This document shows, piece by piece, positions 61,186 through 64,000 of a DNA stretch of 64,000 bases. Every line of letters starts with the position of its first letter. Position 1 is the first letter of the stretch. The DNA is from Squalus acanthias (lineage: Eukaryota), in the NCBI GenBank assembly GCA_030390025.1, contig CM059432.1:148616001-148680000 (forward strand). Reading direction: 5' to 3'. The translations under genes and the position numbers were made by a program. The notes below the pieces were generated by a model. The model saw only the letters and a list, made by a program, of their open reading frames with translations, was not told the DNA's origin and did not search any database.

Positions 61186-61949
61186 CTGCTGTCAGATTGT
61201 AAATCAATTCTGCAATGAAGCATTGAAGTATTAGTCAGTGAGGTTAGTAAAGCACACATGTCTGAACAACAGTCCCGCATTCAGGGACACTGAACAAGGA
61301 CAATCTAGTTACGAAGAAAAGTCACACAGAAGATTCCAGGTTAGCAATGTCTTTGGATATACGCCTGATAACACACAGAAGCAGCTTGTATTTCAATCAC
61401 AGCTTTTTTCTACCGTTCACATCTGGACATAGGAACAGGAGTAGGCCATTTAGCCCCTCGAACCTGTTCCACCGTTCAATGCGATCATGGCTGATCTGTG
61501 ACCGAACTTCACTCCTGAAAGGCCTGGCTCTAATTTTTTAAAAGAAAAAAAGAAAGACTTGCATTTATATAGCGCTTTCCTGATCACCGAACGTCCCAAA
61601 GTGCTTTACAGCCAATGAAGTACTTTTTGAAGTGTAGTTACTGTTGTAATGTATGCCCCCTAGTCCGAGGCTCCCCAACCAGTGGAAATAGGTTCTCTCG
61701 ATTAACCCCATCAGTTCCCTTTAATATCTTGAAAACTTCAATCACCACACATAGTGGAAAATATCACTCATCATCTTTTATTCCCAAGGTCAATCCATGG
61801 TCAGGGGTTTGGATCAAGCTGGGACAAGGGACGAGGGCATGTTGGATACGGAGTTACGGCAGCACATGGGTTTCAGACCCAGTGTCAGCAAAAAATGGTG
61901 CAGATTCAAAGTTCCCACGAACTTAGCAGGACACATTGGTGGTCACTGC

Positions 61950-62192
61950 TGAAGAAAGAAAGAACTGGGTGGGAGACACGAGAAAAAGAGACAAACAGAT
62001 GGGACAGAGATACAGGGAAAGAAAGGGATAGACAAGAGAGAGACAAGAGACCGACAGAGGGGTGGGAAAAGACAGAGAGAGTGAAAGAAAGGGAGACTAG
62101 AGGAGGAGAGGAGAGAGAGAGAGACTTAAGAGAAAGGGAAACAGGTGAGAGAGAGAGAAAGGGGAGTGGGAAGAAAGGGGAGAGAGAGAGAG
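61950..62192. repeat. GA-rich low-complexity tract
   Basis: Direct observation. Confidence 0.85.
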
Positions 62193-62674
62193 ATTGCATT
62201 CATCACCCCAGAAGTCAAGCAGCAAAATAAAAGCAGATACCACGACCAATCCAAGCAAACTCCAATATCAGACACTCAGGGACTGTCATGGGGGGTGGGG
62301 GGCTGGCGGATACAGGTGCATAATAATTCATTTTCATTTCTTTACAGCAAGTAAAAATTTCCAAAAAGAAAATAAACGTAAACGCAACAAGTTGCTACAA
62401 TCTTCGGAGTGAGTTGCTAGGCAGTGAGTTTTATGTTGTTGGGGCAGATTTTCTCTGATTTGATTCAATGTTAGAAGATTTTGAATAGTTGTTAGAATAG
62501 TTAGCTGCACTTTTATGATACCCCTCCTGAGTGTTGCTTATTTTGTGAGATAAGTGTTAGTCAATCAGGAATAAAGGGAAAGGCAAGGAGAGCTAGTACG
62601 GGAAATGTAATGCTGGCTCCCGGGTAACATAGATAATTGGCCATGTATATGGGTCTGTAATCGAGAGTCTAACC

Positions 62675-63310
62675 ACCGACCCTTGACATCGCTGAATCCC
62701 CCACCATCAACATCCTACGGGTCACCATTGACCAGAAACTTAACTGGACCAGCCACATAAATACTGTGACAACAAGAGCAGGTCAGAGGCTAGGTATTCT
62801 GCGGCGAGTGTCTCACCTCCTGACTCTCCAAAGTCTTTCCACCATCTACAAGGCACAAGTGAGGAGTGTGATGGAATACTCTCCACTTGCCTGGATGAGT
62901 GCAGCTCCAACAACACTCGAGAAGCTCGACACCATCCAGGACAAAGCAGCCCGCTTGATTGGCACCCCATCCACCACCTTAAACATTTACTCCCTCCACC
63001 ACCGGCGTACCGTGGCTGCAGTGTGTACCATCTACAAGATGCACTGCAGCAACTCGCCAAGGCCACCACCACCTCCAAGTTCCCTTCCAAGTCACACACC
63101 ATCCTGTCTTGGAAGTATATCGCCGTTCCTTCATCGTCGCTGGGTCAAAATCCTGGAGCTCCCTCCCTAACAGCACTGTGGGAGCACCTTCACCACACAG
63201 ACTGCAGCGGTTCAAGAAGGCGGCTCACCACCACCTTCTCAAGGGCGACTAGGGATGGGCAATAAATGTCGGCCTTGCCAGCGACGCCCACATCCCATGA
63301 ATTAAATTTA
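62675..63310 (+). mobile_element. Zenon-like CR1-group LINE 3' end with internal deletion
   Basis: YKAQVRSVMEYSPLAWMSAAPTTLEKLDTIQDKAARLIG. Confidence 0.87.
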
Positions 63311-63854
63311 ATTAATTTGTGTCCATTAAATTGTGATATCTCATGCTCTAGTGAGCATAGCCATTAGATTCATGTCACAGCATTTCCATGCCGGTCTGTC
63401 CTGGCCTGTCTCCTTCCACCCTTTCTAAGGACCTCTCAAGACATCCAATCTATTCCATCAATCACACTGCAGTGGGATGGAAACACAATTTGACTGTTCC
63501 TTTATTTTTCACTCTTAAATTTTTGCACGATCTGTATGGAGTGACCTTGGTGAATGTGAGAAGTTTAAATCCATCCTGATTTTCACTTGGAGAAGCAGAC
63601 ACTGGGTCTTGAACCCCACCTATCGACATAAATATACCCACATAAATATGCAGTCATCTATTGCTGCTTAAAGGGAAGAACATTTAGGCGGAGATTATTT
63701 TGTGTTCAAAGTATTCCCCCAACATCTATGTCAACAACAAAAAAAATCGAAAAATATTCATTTTTAAACAAAATGTCGCATTTCCTACCACAAAGATTGT
63801 TGGATTTCCATTGTTCCGAGAGCTGTGGTGATATCACTAAAGGGGATGACTCAC

Positions 63855-63876
63855 CTGTATCCCAGAGCAGCTTCAT
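63855..63876 (-). CDS. Candidate first coding exon portion (MKLLWDT)
   Basis: ATG directly after an in-frame TAA; consensus donor CAG|GTGAGT; phase 1 fits the 61185 exon. Confidence 0.35.
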
Positions 63877-64000
63877 TTATTTTAAGGGAGGCCACAACTT
63901 CAGACCAGCCAATCCAACAGATGCTAACTCTCGGAGAACTTACTGCTCCAGAATGAACGCAGAGCGCAGCCTGCTAGTAGAATGTCTTCTTGCATTGGGT

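Noticed and set aside
61754..62230. 158-aa charged ORF
   Set aside because: Translation of a GA-rich low-complexity tract.

Overview
Eukaryotic, repeat-dominated DNA. The repeat profile (CR1, L2 and RTE LINEs, Deu-domain tRNA-SINEs, Penelope-like elements) suggests a cartilaginous fish; this is an inference. The main feature is a structurally complete 4.7-kb PIF/Harbinger transposon (28030-32717) with TIRs, an AAA TSD, an intact DDE transposase on the minus strand and a convergent spliced Myb/SANT gene on the plus strand. Two ~880-bp internal-deletion derivatives of this family and several other 3-bp-TSD MITE families are also present. Two Penelope-like (PLE) families carry minimal hammerhead ribozyme motifs. 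One occurs as 5'-truncated GIY-YIG/3'-tail copies. The other occurs as ORF-less fold-back elements (50979-51234, 53537-54236) with a hammerhead motif on each strand and 11-13 bp TSDs. Other items: a 5'-inverted RTE insertion, a 37-bp palindromic minisatellite, an ~885-bp local duplication, and a largely phase-compatible chain of small minus-strand exons that suggests an unidentified host gene across the window.
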